Of a DNA stretch of 64,000 nucleotides, positions 30,223 to 39,561 are shown one piece after another; within the stretch, counting starts at the first letter, position 1; every line of letters starts with the position of its first letter. A program made the position numbers and the translations under genes. The notes under the pieces are model-generated. The model ran no database searches. It worked only from the letters and a program-made list of their open reading frames with translations, and was not told where the DNA came from. Source of the stretch: an uncultured virus (IMG/VR IMGVR_UViG_3300018892_000001) (taxonomy: Duplodnaviria > Heunggongvirae > Uroviricota > Caudoviricetes); the IMG/VR virus record IMGVR_UViG_3300018892_000001; one strand, 5' to 3'.

Positions 30223-31449
30223 ATGTCACAACCGAAAGAAGGTGATGCTGTACTAGGAGGAACACCCCCTTTGCAGCCCAACTCAACAAGCCTTGTCCTG
30301 GGCGGATTCTATGCCGTGCAGCGAAAAATCAAGGCGCAGGAAGAAGACTTAACCGAAGGCGATATCAAGACAGTGATCGCACATAAGTGCCGCAACTATG
30401 ATGAGCTTCTGGTAAAAATCAAATTTTGGCAGGAGTATTACGAGTTTGAGGGATTAGACCTGGACGAGTCATGCTTAACCGAAAAGGAAGTAGCGATCGC
30501 AATTGCCAATGGGGCAAGGAAATCGTTCTACCTTAATGTTGAATTCCTGACCCATGATCGGGAGTTGGTCAAAAAACAAGAACAGCGACGGGTTAAGAAG
30601 TTAAAGGACTTCACATTCTCCCGTTACTGTCGCCGAGACTTGATCCAAAAAGCAGTCCTTGAACTTGCTGACAAAAACATAAGCAGAGGAGAGGTGCGCC
30701 AAAAGGTGACGGAAAGTCATTGCTCTTGGCAATCCCATTATTGGATGATAAATGATACGCGCTCAGTTGTATTTGATTGGAAAGGCACTGATGATTTACA
30801 GAAGGTTATCTCGACAAGCCTAGGAAAAATTTCCCGAAAGTACGGATTGCCAATTAGCTTAGTTTTTGGCTACAGCCAACTACTAAGGGACTTGGCAACA
30901 ATTGATACCTCTCGGACACTTTTGAGGAGATTTACTTTGCTAGATTCTCTGTTGTGTTTAACAACAACTATCCTCTACCCCTCCGACTTAGAGCCATTTG
31001 ACCCAAGGGTATTAAATATACCAAGGTCATTGCTTTGGAAAAGTTGGATTTTGAATGAAAAGGGACACGAGGTGCAAGTGTCTTTGGATGTAAGAATTCC
31101 TCTGAATAGTGTGTATTTTGGTGGGGCTATACCTAGCGTAATCATTTTTGAGGTGTTCAAAAAAGCGATGGCATATGCGATCGCACTCCACGCTGCCCAC
31201 CGAGACACGGCTACCTACAGTCTTAAAAATCTGGAGCAGAAACTAGGTATCTGGAACCTGCACAAGGCGAAGGAACCCCTAGCTGCACAGGTAGCAGCCG
31301 TCCTGCCAGCATTGCGAGACATTATTGATCTGATAATCGCTGATTTCAAGAAGCAGGTTGAGGATGGCGACGACTCGCCAGCAATCCCTGTTGATCAAAT
31401 TGAGAGAGTCGAACAAGACTTGGGGTTTGTTAAACTAACATTAATCTAA
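30223..31449 (+). CDS. Hypothetical protein with N-terminal DAVLGG motif
   Basis: 408-aa ORF; PKEGDAVLGG..SLVLGG N-terminus; AAAGCAAAGCCATG leader. Confidence 0.75.
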   Translation: MSQPKEGDAVLGGTPPLQPNSTSLVLGGFYAVQRKIKAQEEDLTEGDIKTVIAHKCRNYDELLVKIKFWQEYYEFEGLDLDESCLTEKEVAIAIANGARKSFYLNVEFLTHDRELVKKQEQRRVKKLKDFTFSRYCRRDLIQKAVLELADKNISRGEVRQKVTESHCSWQSHYWMINDTRSVVFDWKGTDDLQKVISTSLGKISRKYGLPISLVFGYSQLLRDLATIDTSRTLLRRFTLLDSLLCLTTTILYPSDLEPFDPRVLNIPRSLLWKSWILNEKGHEVQVSLDVRIPLNSVYFGGAIPSVIIFEVFKKAMAYAIALHAAHRDTATYSLKNLEQKLGIWNLHKAKEPLAAQVAAVLPALRDIIDLIIADFKKQVEDGDDSPAIPVDQIERVEQDLGFVKLTLI

Positions 31450-31458
31450 CCAAGCGTG

Positions 31459-31557
31459 AAAAAGCCCCTCCGGGTATTAAACCGGAGGGGCTTTTTTGTG
31501 AACATAAAGGCGTATGAGCAACAAAAAACCCTCGACAGAAATGTCGAGGGTTTTTTG
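31459..31557. terminator. Two back-to-back bidirectional terminators between convergent genes
   Basis: AAAAAGCCCCTCCGG..CCGGAGGGGCTTTTTT and AAAAAACCCTCGACA..TGTCGAGGGTTTTTT. Confidence 0.85.
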
Positions 31558-31587
31558 TTGCCTAATCAACGATCAGGCGGGGGAGAT

Positions 31588-32592
31588 TTATCGGAACGCG
31601 CTAACGATTTGCTTCAGCGCTTGTTCAGACTTGTTTCGCTTAGAGCCAAGCCACAGGGAATTTATATGCCCTGCGTTGCCACCTCGTTGGGTACTGTGGT
31701 GACTTTGATACTCTGTGACGGCTTGGGCTAGCCCCCAAGCCGTGTGGTACGCGCTTAACATCTCAGATCCCTTCCCCTTACCTTGGTAAAGTTCTAAGAC
31801 TTGTTGTACAGCGCGTGGTTGCTCATCCAAGGACTTATCCTTGTCCCCCAAGATCTTAATGATCAGGGCGTGGGCTTCCTCGTCCTTAACGGGTGTTGAG
31901 GCAAGGAATTCAGCATCCTCTTTGAATTTCTCGAAGCCAGTTTTGGCTTCCTCCAGTACCAGCATTACGCGGGCACTAGAGTAGGCAGAGGTGTGGGAAA
32001 TTACCTGTCCCGCCAACCTTACGGGTAGCACCATTTGGTTTGTGCATACCATCCTTGGCGCCATCAGGTCAACTTTTGCTCCACGTCCGCTTTCGTGGGA
32101 GTTCGTGAAAAGGAGCTTCCCTTCTACTACGTCACCTCCCGCAAGCGTGAAGCTTTCGTTAGTTTTGGCAACACAGAAAACTGTGCGCCCTTGGTTTAAG
32201 AATCCCAATCGTTCCATGACCAACTGCGATTTCTCGCAGAAGGTCACGAAACTTTTTACGATATCTCGGTTCTGGAACGGTTTCCAGCGAAGGGAAACCG
32301 TATCCAGGTGAATCACTTCACCTGGCTTGTTGGGGTTGTCACGGTAGACAACGCGATCCCGGCTTGACTGGAATTGGTAATTTTCGCCAAATTTAATTCC
32401 ATCGGTGGTGTGGACTTCCCAGTCTAGCTTCGCCTTTTGGAGAAGCCCATCTATATCGTCTTCGCTGACAACAGCATCGACTGCTGCGCCAATCCCACGA
32501 TATAGCTTTTTATTGGTTTCACTGGTTTCACTCAGGTTTTGGGTCCACTGAGTTTCTTGACCGTTTCTTCTGATGGTATTTGCTAAAGACAT
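31588..32592 (-). CDS. DUF932 family phage/plasmid protein
   Basis: AKLDWEV, WKPFQNRD, GFLNQGRTVF, LLFTNSHE, RMVCTNQ, TAWGLAQAVTEY. Confidence 0.85.
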   Translation of the reverse strand: MSLANTIRRNGQETQWTQNLSETSETNKKLYRGIGAAVDAVVSEDDIDGLLQKAKLDWEVHTTDGIKFGENYQFQSSRDRVVYRDNPNKPGEVIHLDTVSLRWKPFQNRDIVKSFVTFCEKSQLVMERLGFLNQGRTVFCVAKTNESFTLAGGDVVEGKLLFTNSHESGRGAKVDLMAPRMVCTNQMVLPVRLAGQVISHTSAYSSARVMLVLEEAKTGFEKFKEDAEFLASTPVKDEEAHALIIKILGDKDKSLDEQPRAVQQVLELYQGKGKGSEMLSAYHTAWGLAQAVTEYQSHHSTQRGGNAGHINSLWLGSKRNKSEQALKQIVSAFR

Positions 32593-32898
32593 GGTTTTTG
32601 CTTATGTAGTGAATACTGGTGTGATTTGTTATCACATCTGTATTGTAGCACAATGTAAAAAGTATTACGGAAGCAATAAAAAAACCTTTATCACGGAGAA
32701 CCGTGACAAGGTTGTTTCCCATCATCACCATCATCAAGACGGCAGTCCTTGTGGCTATAACCGACTATGCGATCGTCCACAAGTATCTGCAAGCACTCAG
32801 AAATCGGCGAAACCACTATCCGTCTCCGGCAAAGCAAGCAACGGTTCCCTGGTGGGCGAGTTAGAAATTCATCCGAGAATGGCTGATTATTAAATCGA

Positions 32899-33228
32899 CT
32901 AGGCATCAATATCCGGCATTTCGACTGTTTCTCCTGCCAGTGAGTGAGTGCAGTCATCGAGGAAGCGAATCATGCCGTTCTCAACAAAACTGTGGCAGCG
33001 CAAAGTAACCTGCCCCTTATCGTTCGTAACTGTGGCATTGAGCGAGGGATGGAAGGTTGGCTTTTCAGGATTGCCCGTGAAAGACCAGCTAGCTCCAGAC
33101 GAATTCTTGTGAGGTCGGATGTAGACCTCATGGCTCATCTTACAGCCGGGGCAATCAAACATATATCCAACCGTTTGAAGACGCCCCTTCTCTTCGTCTG
33201 GTTCTTTAATCGACAACAGCTTAACCAC
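32899..33228 (-). CDS. DUF6527-like Cys/His protein
   Basis: FDCPGC..H, WSFTGNPEKPTFHPS, RCHSFV..G.IRFLDDCTHSLAG. Confidence 0.75.
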   Translation of the reverse strand: MVKLLSIKEPDEEKGRLQTVGYMFDCPGCKMSHEVYIRPHKNSSGASWSFTGNPEKPTFHPSLNATVTNDKGQVTLRCHSFVENGMIRFLDDCTHSLAGETVEMPDIDA

Positions 33229-33451
33229 GATCGCCTAGTCTCCGTATAAGATCCTGTACCATTGCGTCGCGCCGATTGCGGCTCAACCTCTCCTCCCGTT
33301 CCCGCTCTTGATAATTACGAAGGAATTGCCGCATCTGGCGATCAATTGCCTCCTTCAGTTCCTTTTCTTTGCCTTGATCTGAGGAGTAGATGGTAATGTT
33401 AATTGTCAGATTGAGCGGGTGGTTCTGCCTGCGGCGCAAGAATTTGAACAT
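33221..33451 (-). CDS. Hypothetical protein
   Basis: 76-aa ORF overlapping the start of the downstream gene. Confidence 0.55.
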   Translation of the reverse strand: MFKFLRRRQNHPLNLTINITIYSSDQGKEKELKEAIDRQMRQFLRNYQEREREERLSRNRRDAMVQDLIRRLGDRG

Positions 33452-33501
33452 ACTAAAATCCCGTCATTGCGGTACTTAGCTAAGTTTAGTCTGAGTACAG
33501 A

Positions 33502-33795
33502 CTAATCAGAATGCGATCTCCTTTCTTCCTTCAGCGCTGTCAAAGCCTCGGCAGCATACCCTCTCTCGCTAAAGGCGTGACGGCAAATACCATAAAAACT
33601 TAAAGTTTCTTGAGCCTTGTACAACTCCACCAACTTGGCTCTTGTGGTCATGTAGTCCAGATCATATTTAAAGGCGATCGCTGATACTGCTCGATACAGT
33701 TCATGGCAAGCGATCACATCCATTACCGGACTAAAGGCGGGTTCTTGATCGGGTAAGTCTAAAAGTTTTGGAGGGGTAACAAAGAATTCAAACAT
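33502..33795 (-). CDS. Hypothetical protein
   Basis: 97-aa ORF bounded by 11-bp repeat arrays. Confidence 0.6.
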   Translation of the reverse strand: MFEFFVTPPKLLDLPDQEPAFSPVMDVIACHELYRAVSAIAFKYDLDYMTTRAKLVELYKAQETLSFYGICRHAFSERGYAAEALTALKEERRSHSD

Positions 33796-33809
33796 TTTCC
33801 AACAGTTCG

Positions 33810-33875
33810 GTTTAGCTCAGGTTTAGATCATGTTTAGGCTGTATCTAGCCTAAGTTTAGGCTAGATACAGCCTAA
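33810..33875. repeat. Array of six phased 11-bp repeats containing a perfect 20-bp inverted repeat
   Basis: gtttagctcag gtttagatcat gtttaggctgt atctagcctaa gtttaggctag atacagcctaa. Confidence 0.85.
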
Positions 33876-34315
33876 GCCACAGCAGTGGCAAACGCGATCG
33901 CCATTCGTTTGCAATCTTCGAGTGTCGCTGCCTTAAAACCAATAGGGAGGTCGAGTTCCGTTTGCTGTCGAAAAGACTGATTTTCGTCTGCTTCGGTCAA
34001 AGCCATGCAATCACCTTCAGCAACAACAGCGCCAATACCGAATCCACAGTATGCCCTGTGACTCCAACCATACCACTTCTGCTCTTTCTCACAGAAGCCT
34101 ATCGAGCAGACTGTTTTACCAGGAAGACATTCAGGTTTAATTCCCAAGGTATAGAGAAAGATAGCCGTATTGATGTCGCCAATATATTCCCCTGACTGGG
34201 CATATACTGAATTCAAAATCACTGGTTCATTACCTTCGACGGTAGTCAACTCTTTCCTAAGTTCAAACCCTCTTCGGTCTTTAAAAACATGAAGCGTTTC
34301 TTTTTGTATTAGCAT
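33872..34315 (-). CDS. Conserved phage hypothetical protein
   Basis: CSIGFCEKEQKWYGWSHRAYCGFGIG motif, recalled from uncharacterised phage proteins. Confidence 0.7.
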   Translation of the reverse strand: MLIQKETLHVFKDRRGFELRKELTTVEGNEPVILNSVYAQSGEYIGDINTAIFLYTLGIKPECLPGKTVCSIGFCEKEQKWYGWSHRAYCGFGIGAVVAEGDCMALTEADENQSFRQQTELDLPIGFKAATLEDCKRMAIAFATAVA

Positions 34316-34375
34316 TAGTCTTTTTTATTACCCTCTTGTGATAGCTCCTCGACAGAATCGCGGGAATCTTTTTCC

Positions 34376-34747
34376 TCAATCGGGGAGATTTCCTTCATCC
34401 CGTAACTGCTTGAATTCTTCCTGCAATTCCTCAGCTACGTTGTCGGCTTTCTCCTCCAGCGCAATTACGGTGTTCCGAGCCTTGGCGCTAGATCGTATGA
34501 TTTCATTTAACTTTAGCTGCATAGCGAGGGAGTCACGGTTTTGGGTATTTTGGTTTAAAACTAGCATCACAGTGTTTAGCAGGGTTGTGATCGTATTTGC
34601 GGATAATTGCCAAAAATCACTAAAATTAACAAAAAATCCCCAAACTCCCCATATCAGTATTAACAGTATTGTTACGACAAAACTGATGGGGCTGCCGATA
34701 ACTTTAGCTGACTTACGAGCAAACTTGGGAAAGGTATCTTTTCTCAT
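34376..34747 (-). CDS. Low-affinity iron permease family (Fet4-like, PF04120) membrane protein
   Basis: GSPISF..IW..WG..FSDFWQL.ANTITT...QNTQNRDSLAMQLKLNEII..ARNTVIALEE. Confidence 0.85.
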   Translation of the reverse strand: MRKDTFPKFARKSAKVIGSPISFVVTILLILIWGVWGFFVNFSDFWQLSANTITTLLNTVMLVLNQNTQNRDSLAMQLKLNEIIRSSAKARNTVIALEEKADNVAEELQEEFKQLRDEGNLPD

Positions 34748-34830
34748 GGGAAGCTTTACTTTATTTTGGTTGACTCAAGGCATCACGCGATCGCCTTAAA
34801 GTATGGCGGAGGTTGTGGCAAGAAGGCGCT

Positions 34831-34885
34831 GTGTAGTCCGTGTTTAGATCAAGTCTATATATAAACTAGACACAGGTTAGACTTA
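34831..34885. repeat. Phased 11-bp repeat array
   Basis: gtgtagtccgt gtttagatcaa gtctatatata aactagacaca ggttagactta. Confidence 0.65.
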
Positions 34886-34903
34886 CAGCAAACAGAGGCA
34901 CAA

Positions 34904-35158
34904 ATGATTAAAGTTCTCCAGGTAGAGATTGACGAAAAGCTTGACAACGCTCAAGTCGAGGAACGTATCTTCTTTGACAATAAGTTGCTGGTTGTTGCCT
35001 ACCTTTTGACCAATGGTTTTGTTGTCCTCGGTAAAGCGGGGGTGATTCACCGCAATAACTTTGATTTAGAGAGGGGACGGGAGATCGCACGGAAAGATGC
35101 CTCAGATCAGTTGTGGTTGCTAGAAGGGTACAAAAGGCATGGTGATGCTTTACAGTAA
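34904..35158 (+). CDS. Phage Gp49/gp66 family protein
   Basis: LTNGFVVLG....NNFDLERGREIARKDASDQLWLLEGY. Confidence 0.8.
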   Translation: MIKVLQVEIDEKLDNAQVEERIFFDNKLLVVAYLLTNGFVVLGKAGVIHRNNFDLERGREIARKDASDQLWLLEGYKRHGDALQ

Positions 35159-35446
35159 GCCTGCCTTGTACAATTCCTCTTGCCGCATAAAACCCATGTA
35201 ACTATGTAATTTCTGAATCGCAGCAAGCCTACATCGCCTCAACCCCTCGTCCAGGTTGAATCCTTTAGGGTCAATCATTGCCGATCTCCCTGGTATTGTG
35301 TACCCGTTTCTAAGTTCGTACTCAACGACAACAACTTTCCGCTTACACAAAACTGCGTACTCAAAACTTCCCTGCTTAATCGCTTCATCAATGATCGCTT
35401 CCACCTCTTCGAGGGTAACCCTGTAATGTTCTACTGGTTCATTCAT
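35150..35446 (-). CDS. Phage Gp49/gp66 family protein (second paralogue)
   Basis: RVTLEEVEAII..LRNGYTIPGRSAMIDPKGFNLDEG...AIQKLHSYMGF. Start placed at MNEPVE because the upstream extension runs through a repeat array. Confidence 0.75.
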   Translation of the reverse strand: MNEPVEHYRVTLEEVEAIIDEAIKQGSFEYAVLCKRKVVVVEYELRNGYTIPGRSAMIDPKGFNLDEGLRRCRLAAIQKLHSYMGFMRQEELYKAGLL

Positions 35447-35459
35447 GTGATCGCTCCTC

Positions 35460-35514
35460 ATATAGGTCTTGTTTACCCTAAACACAGCCTGTGTTTACCC
35501 TAAGTTTAGTCTGC
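35460..35514. repeat. Phased 11-bp repeat array
   Basis: atataggtctt gtttaccctaa acacagcctgt gtttaccctaa gtttagtctgc. Confidence 0.8.
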
Positions 35515-35628
35515 ACTGCGCTCGAAACTACGCTCGAAACCGTATCTCGCTTTTGCTAGAATGAGATAGTAGACTTCAGTAGACTATGGTAGACTAAAGT
35601 CTCAGTAAAGCAAAACCAGAGAATTACA

Positions 35629-36570
35629 ATGACTGAATTTTCCAAATATGAAACGGCCGCAAGGTTCGTTCGCAATCTGCTAGGCGTAAAGAAATTAACG
35701 CCTGCCCAGAAACTAGAGGTTGAGCAAGCTGTAGAACGACACCGACAACGCAAGAGCAATCGGGATCAGCTAGTTCCGATCAAGGAACATCCAAAAAGTC
35801 GGCTGCGTTCGGAGGTTACAAAAGTGATCAGACCGAAAGTCAAAGAACTCTACAACACAGCCAAAGGTACATGGGCTGGTGGAGAAACCTTCCTATGGGT
35901 CCACATTAGTAAGGAGCCATTCGCTAGTGGAAAGTCCATTGAGGTTCATTACGGCAGGTATTCGGGTCGTAACGCCCACCTAGAAATCAATGTGCAACCA
36001 GCATGGCGAAAATACATCGGCAGTGTGCCGGAATTGGCGACTGCTGGGGGGATGCTTACAACTCACGCCGTGCAGGTCAAGCCAGATTGCTGGCAGGCCT
36101 CTTGGGTATGCCAAGGACGAGGGTTTAAACTTTATGTCCAATCTGGCTACATAGTTCAGATTGGCAATCAGTTCTTTCATGGAAAAACTGAAGCAATAAC
36201 CCGTGCAGTTGCAAGAAAAAAGGCGGCATTTGAAAAAATGTCTCAACGACTGAAAGGCATCACAACTGTAGATCAATTAATTCTAGAGTTTGGCGCACTT
36301 CAAGTACGGCGATCTGACTCGCTTCGCTCCGGCAATTGCCAAGAAGGAACGGATAACTGGATAGAACGGTATTTTCCCGACCAGGAGTACGCCACTATTA
36401 AGCAGTTGTTAACGGCAGACAGTAGTGTTCCCGTCGTGGCTGCTTGTAAGGCTGCAATCTTACGGCAAAACCGTCAAAGCAATCTTCCCGGTGAAAACGA
36501 TGCGGTACTCGGCGGTAGTCGCAAGTCCCCTCGAACAACGGATGCAGTACTTGGCGGTGTTTCAAGATAA
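35629..36570 (+). CDS. Hypothetical protein with C-terminal DAVLGG repeats
   Basis: 313 aa; DSLRSGNCQEGT motif; ends PGENDAVLGG..PRTTDAVLGGVSR. Confidence 0.75.
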   Translation: MTEFSKYETAARFVRNLLGVKKLTPAQKLEVEQAVERHRQRKSNRDQLVPIKEHPKSRLRSEVTKVIRPKVKELYNTAKGTWAGGETFLWVHISKEPFASGKSIEVHYGRYSGRNAHLEINVQPAWRKYIGSVPELATAGGMLTTHAVQVKPDCWQASWVCQGRGFKLYVQSGYIVQIGNQFFHGKTEAITRAVARKKAAFEKMSQRLKGITTVDQLILEFGALQVRRSDSLRSGNCQEGTDNWIERYFPDQEYATIKQLLTADSSVPVVAACKAAILRQNRQSNLPGENDAVLGGSRKSPRTTDAVLGGVSR

Positions 36571-36629
36571 ACCGATGGTAGCCAGCCCTGAGTTTTCAGG
36601 GCTGGCTACCACATTCAAAGGAATTAATA

Positions 36630-37076
36630 GTGGATACAAACAGCACCAGAATACAACTCAAAAACGCTCAACTCGCGCAAAAGCTCAAAGAGCGACATGA
36701 CTCGGTATCGGAAGCCGCCAAGGTTGCACTGTACCGATACTTTCATCTACTTGAGGATGCAGTGCGACGATTGGGTCTGACCAAACAAGAAGCCTCCCTC
36801 ATTGCTGATGCGCTTAACGGTTGGTGGGTAAATGCCGAACCCCCAAGCCTGATCCGTGCAGGACTTTATATGACTGTCTCGGACGCGATCGAGCTTAATC
36901 AATTGGATAAAAAATGGGGCGTCAATGGCTCAGAAATACTTGAAAAACTCAAGGCATTATCTGAGCTAGAGGCGATCGCCTTAGTAGATGCAATTCAAAG
37001 ATTTTGGTACGAACCAGACTCTAGTGAGATATCAGATGTTTCTGAAAAGCTCAAGAAAGTGGGATTGATTAGTTAG
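36630..37076 (+). CDS. Hypothetical mobile-element protein, possible DNA-binding regulator
   Basis: GTG start; LTKQEASLIADALNG..LDKKWGV..LVDAIQRFW. Confidence 0.7.
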   Translation: MDTNSTRIQLKNAQLAQKLKERHDSVSEAAKVALYRYFHLLEDAVRRLGLTKQEASLIADALNGWWVNAEPPSLIRAGLYMTVSDAIELNQLDKKWGVNGSEILEKLKALSELEAIALVDAIQRFWYEPDSSEISDVSEKLKKVGLIS

Positions 37077-37096
37077 TAGTGGACGAGGGATAACTC

Positions 37097-38623
37097 ATGA
37101 AATACGCTTCATCCATGCGGTATGCCGGAATGCTGGTAGACGCCCAAGAGGCGGACTATACCAGCTACAAAAAATTAGGGCTACTCTGCCCTATCTGTCA
37201 TGCCCCTGTTTTCTTAGTATCGTCATCTGAACGTGAAAGTCATACCCGTTTAGTGACAAACAAAACTACGGGGATAAAAAAGGAAGTCCAAGTAGCGGCA
37301 TCTTTTGCTGAGAAGCACTTCAGCCACTTCCAGGATGTTAGTGAGGAGCAAGTCAATCAGTGCGAACTACGGATCAGGAACCTCACTCCTGCAGAGGTTC
37401 ACCGATACTCTCGTGGCGCTCACAACCAAAGAGAGCGATTCTTCAGATCGCATTTCTGGAGGCTACTGGAAATGAGCTACAAAATGGAGACATGGGAGGA
37501 AGACGCCGCTTTTGCTAAATCTGGATTCCTCTCCAACTGCCCAGCCAAAGACCCTGACAATTATCGACAACTGAAGTGGGTAAAGTTCAGCGATCGCTTT
37601 GTTAGTGCCTTCAAATCCAAACGAGAATTCATGGTATCAGTCGCCAAGGCTGCGATCGCCGACATATCTTCAATGGACATTGAAGGACTTGAAGAAGTTG
37701 GATTCAGACCAGAGGTAATTGCCTACCTTAAACAATGGCAACAAGCCATCGATGGCAGGATGCAGCTAGAAATCACCCAGGAAGCAATTGACTTCCTCGG
37801 TCACAAGCGCAATCGAGACATGGTTGAACACCTGTTTGCAAAGGCGCTAGCCGACTACGCACTTAATGGTCAAGATGAAGTCCTGCCACTCGATTTGATG
37901 GCTCCTTGTGCGATCGACCAAGAATTCTTGGCGGCGCACATAAGCCACTACACAAAAAACTTCGAGGCAATTCATTCTTGGAACCCCAAGAAACTTGACT
38001 CTGCACTTCACTGGATATTCGCGTGTGTCGCGACAATTCTTGCCACAACCCCTTGGGCGGATGGTTTTGAGAAACTGGAGGAAAAAGCCGACAGTTTATC
38101 CCTCAGAACACACCTGATAACCAGCTCCAAAGGAGTGTGGCACTACACCGTCAATACGGGAAATACACATTTCCAGCCATTCAGCAAAGTTACGGGTAGA
38201 CCTTTTGCTGATGCCCCAGACTGGATTAGTGGGATCAAAAACGGAGGTTCTGTCACAAGAGCCTTGCCCCAAAAAGACTACAGCTTAAAAATAACCATCG
38301 ATCCAACCGTCCCTGGTGCCGCGTTGTTCGACATCGGCAAAGGTAAGGAACCTTCTGCTCCTGGCAACCTGATGATAACTGCCGCTGTAGCCTGGAAACA
38401 AGAAGGCGAAGAGGCACTAATGGAAATGCTGCCAACAATGTACGAATCAATATCTGAAGCTTGTGCATCTGCTGGATTGCCAGCAGCCGAACTAGTCAAA
38501 CCCAAAAAACTACCTTGGCTGGCTATTTTCCTAATGCCTAATCCCGCGATAGGCTTGTGTCCTTGGTTAGCAAATGCCGAGTATGCAATAGCACACTTCT
38601 TGATCCAACTGGATGCCCAGTAA
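37097..38623 (+). CDS. Hypothetical protein with N-terminal CoiA-like zinc finger
   Basis: LLCPICHAPVFL...HFSHF...CELR. Confidence 0.75.
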   Translation: MKYASSMRYAGMLVDAQEADYTSYKKLGLLCPICHAPVFLVSSSERESHTRLVTNKTTGIKKEVQVAASFAEKHFSHFQDVSEEQVNQCELRIRNLTPAEVHRYSRGAHNQRERFFRSHFWRLLEMSYKMETWEEDAAFAKSGFLSNCPAKDPDNYRQLKWVKFSDRFVSAFKSKREFMVSVAKAAIADISSMDIEGLEEVGFRPEVIAYLKQWQQAIDGRMQLEITQEAIDFLGHKRNRDMVEHLFAKALADYALNGQDEVLPLDLMAPCAIDQEFLAAHISHYTKNFEAIHSWNPKKLDSALHWIFACVATILATTPWADGFEKLEEKADSLSLRTHLITSSKGVWHYTVNTGNTHFQPFSKVTGRPFADAPDWISGIKNGGSVTRALPQKDYSLKITIDPTVPGAALFDIGKGKEPSAPGNLMITAAVAWKQEGEEALMEMLPTMYESISEACASAGLPAAELVKPKKLPWLAIFLMPNPAIGLCPWLANAEYAIAHFLIQLDAQ

Positions 38624-38718
38624 TCTAGTATTTATCTTCTTAGTCATGTAGTAATGGCTAAGAAGATAAATGACTAGCCAAAACACAATGCCAACAACAA
38701 CTAACAGAGCAAAAAACA

Positions 38719-39078
38719 GTGCTAGCAAAACTAAGAATTTCCAGTCGCGTAAGAATTTTCATTCGTGGCATTACTTTTCTACGCTCACTTCGCAGACCTT
38801 CCTATGCACATTTAGCAGAAGGCTTGCAATGGATGGCAATACGGCAAATGCTTTGTTTGACACAACCATCAGATATACCGAGATGGAAGGCATACAATGT
38901 CCTCTTGTCTTGCAAGACACCAGATATTGAATCGATATCTTCAGAAGAATTAAAAACACTTTTCCTATTCTCAAAGCACGGGAAAACTGTTTTAGAGAAA
39001 CAGATTGGAGCTAAAGCCCAATCAGTATTAATTGCCAGATTGAGTCCCAAAGAAGAAAGTGACCCAACACACAATTAA
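38719..39078 (+). CDS. Hypothetical protein
   Basis: 119-aa ORF ending before the terminator at 39108-39141; start uncertain. Confidence 0.4.
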   Translation: MLAKLRISSRVRIFIRGITFLRSLRRPSYAHLAEGLQWMAIRQMLCLTQPSDIPRWKAYNVLLSCKTPDIESISSEELKTLFLFSKHGKTVLEKQIGAKAQSVLIARLSPKEESDPTHN

Positions 39079-39162
39079 TAATCATCGTCAATGGTGATTT
39101 CTACAGCTAACCCCTCCAATCTATTAGTTTGGAGGGGTTTTTGTATGGCAAGAGAGCGGAGA

Positions 39163-39555
39163 TTAAAAGTAAACGATGTTGGCAGGATCTCGAAGTGCGA
39201 TCGCAACATCATCAGGTACACCAAAGGCTCCGGCACTCGCATCAATCCTATTCCAGATGCTTTTGGTTGTAGGATCTACCCTCCCATTAGAGTCTTTAGG
39301 GGTGTATAGCGGGAGAAATCCTCCCCCATAGGCGATCGGTGTTTTGTCCCGCCACAAGTTTTCTCCGGTAGCGTACTCGTCAATATCTTTGGGTCCCATT
39401 GCCCAGCCCACAAGATAGTAAATTCCCACGTTGGAATACTGCCGTATCCAAAACTTGGTATCCGGCGAAAGTGGGCGATCGTCAATGACTGCTCTGATGC
39501 CACCGATACCATCCGGCTCGTTGCGAAGGCGAGAAAAATATAGGTGGTTAAGCAT
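39163..39555 (-). CDS. Hypothetical protein co-transcribed with the tail lysin
   Basis: 6-nt gap after the lysin stop; followed by a bidirectional terminator. Confidence 0.7.
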   Translation of the reverse strand: MLNHLYFSRLRNEPDGIGGIRAVIDDRPLSPDTKFWIRQYSNVGIYYLVGWAMGPKDIDEYATGENLWRDKTPIAYGGGFLPLYTPKDSNGRVDPTTKSIWNRIDASAGAFGVPDDVAIALRDPANIVYF

Positions 39556-39561
39556 TTTATT

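Noticed and set aside
31456..31731. ORFs 31456-31731 and 31514-31702
   Set aside because: They run through two terminator hairpins and antisense to DUF932.
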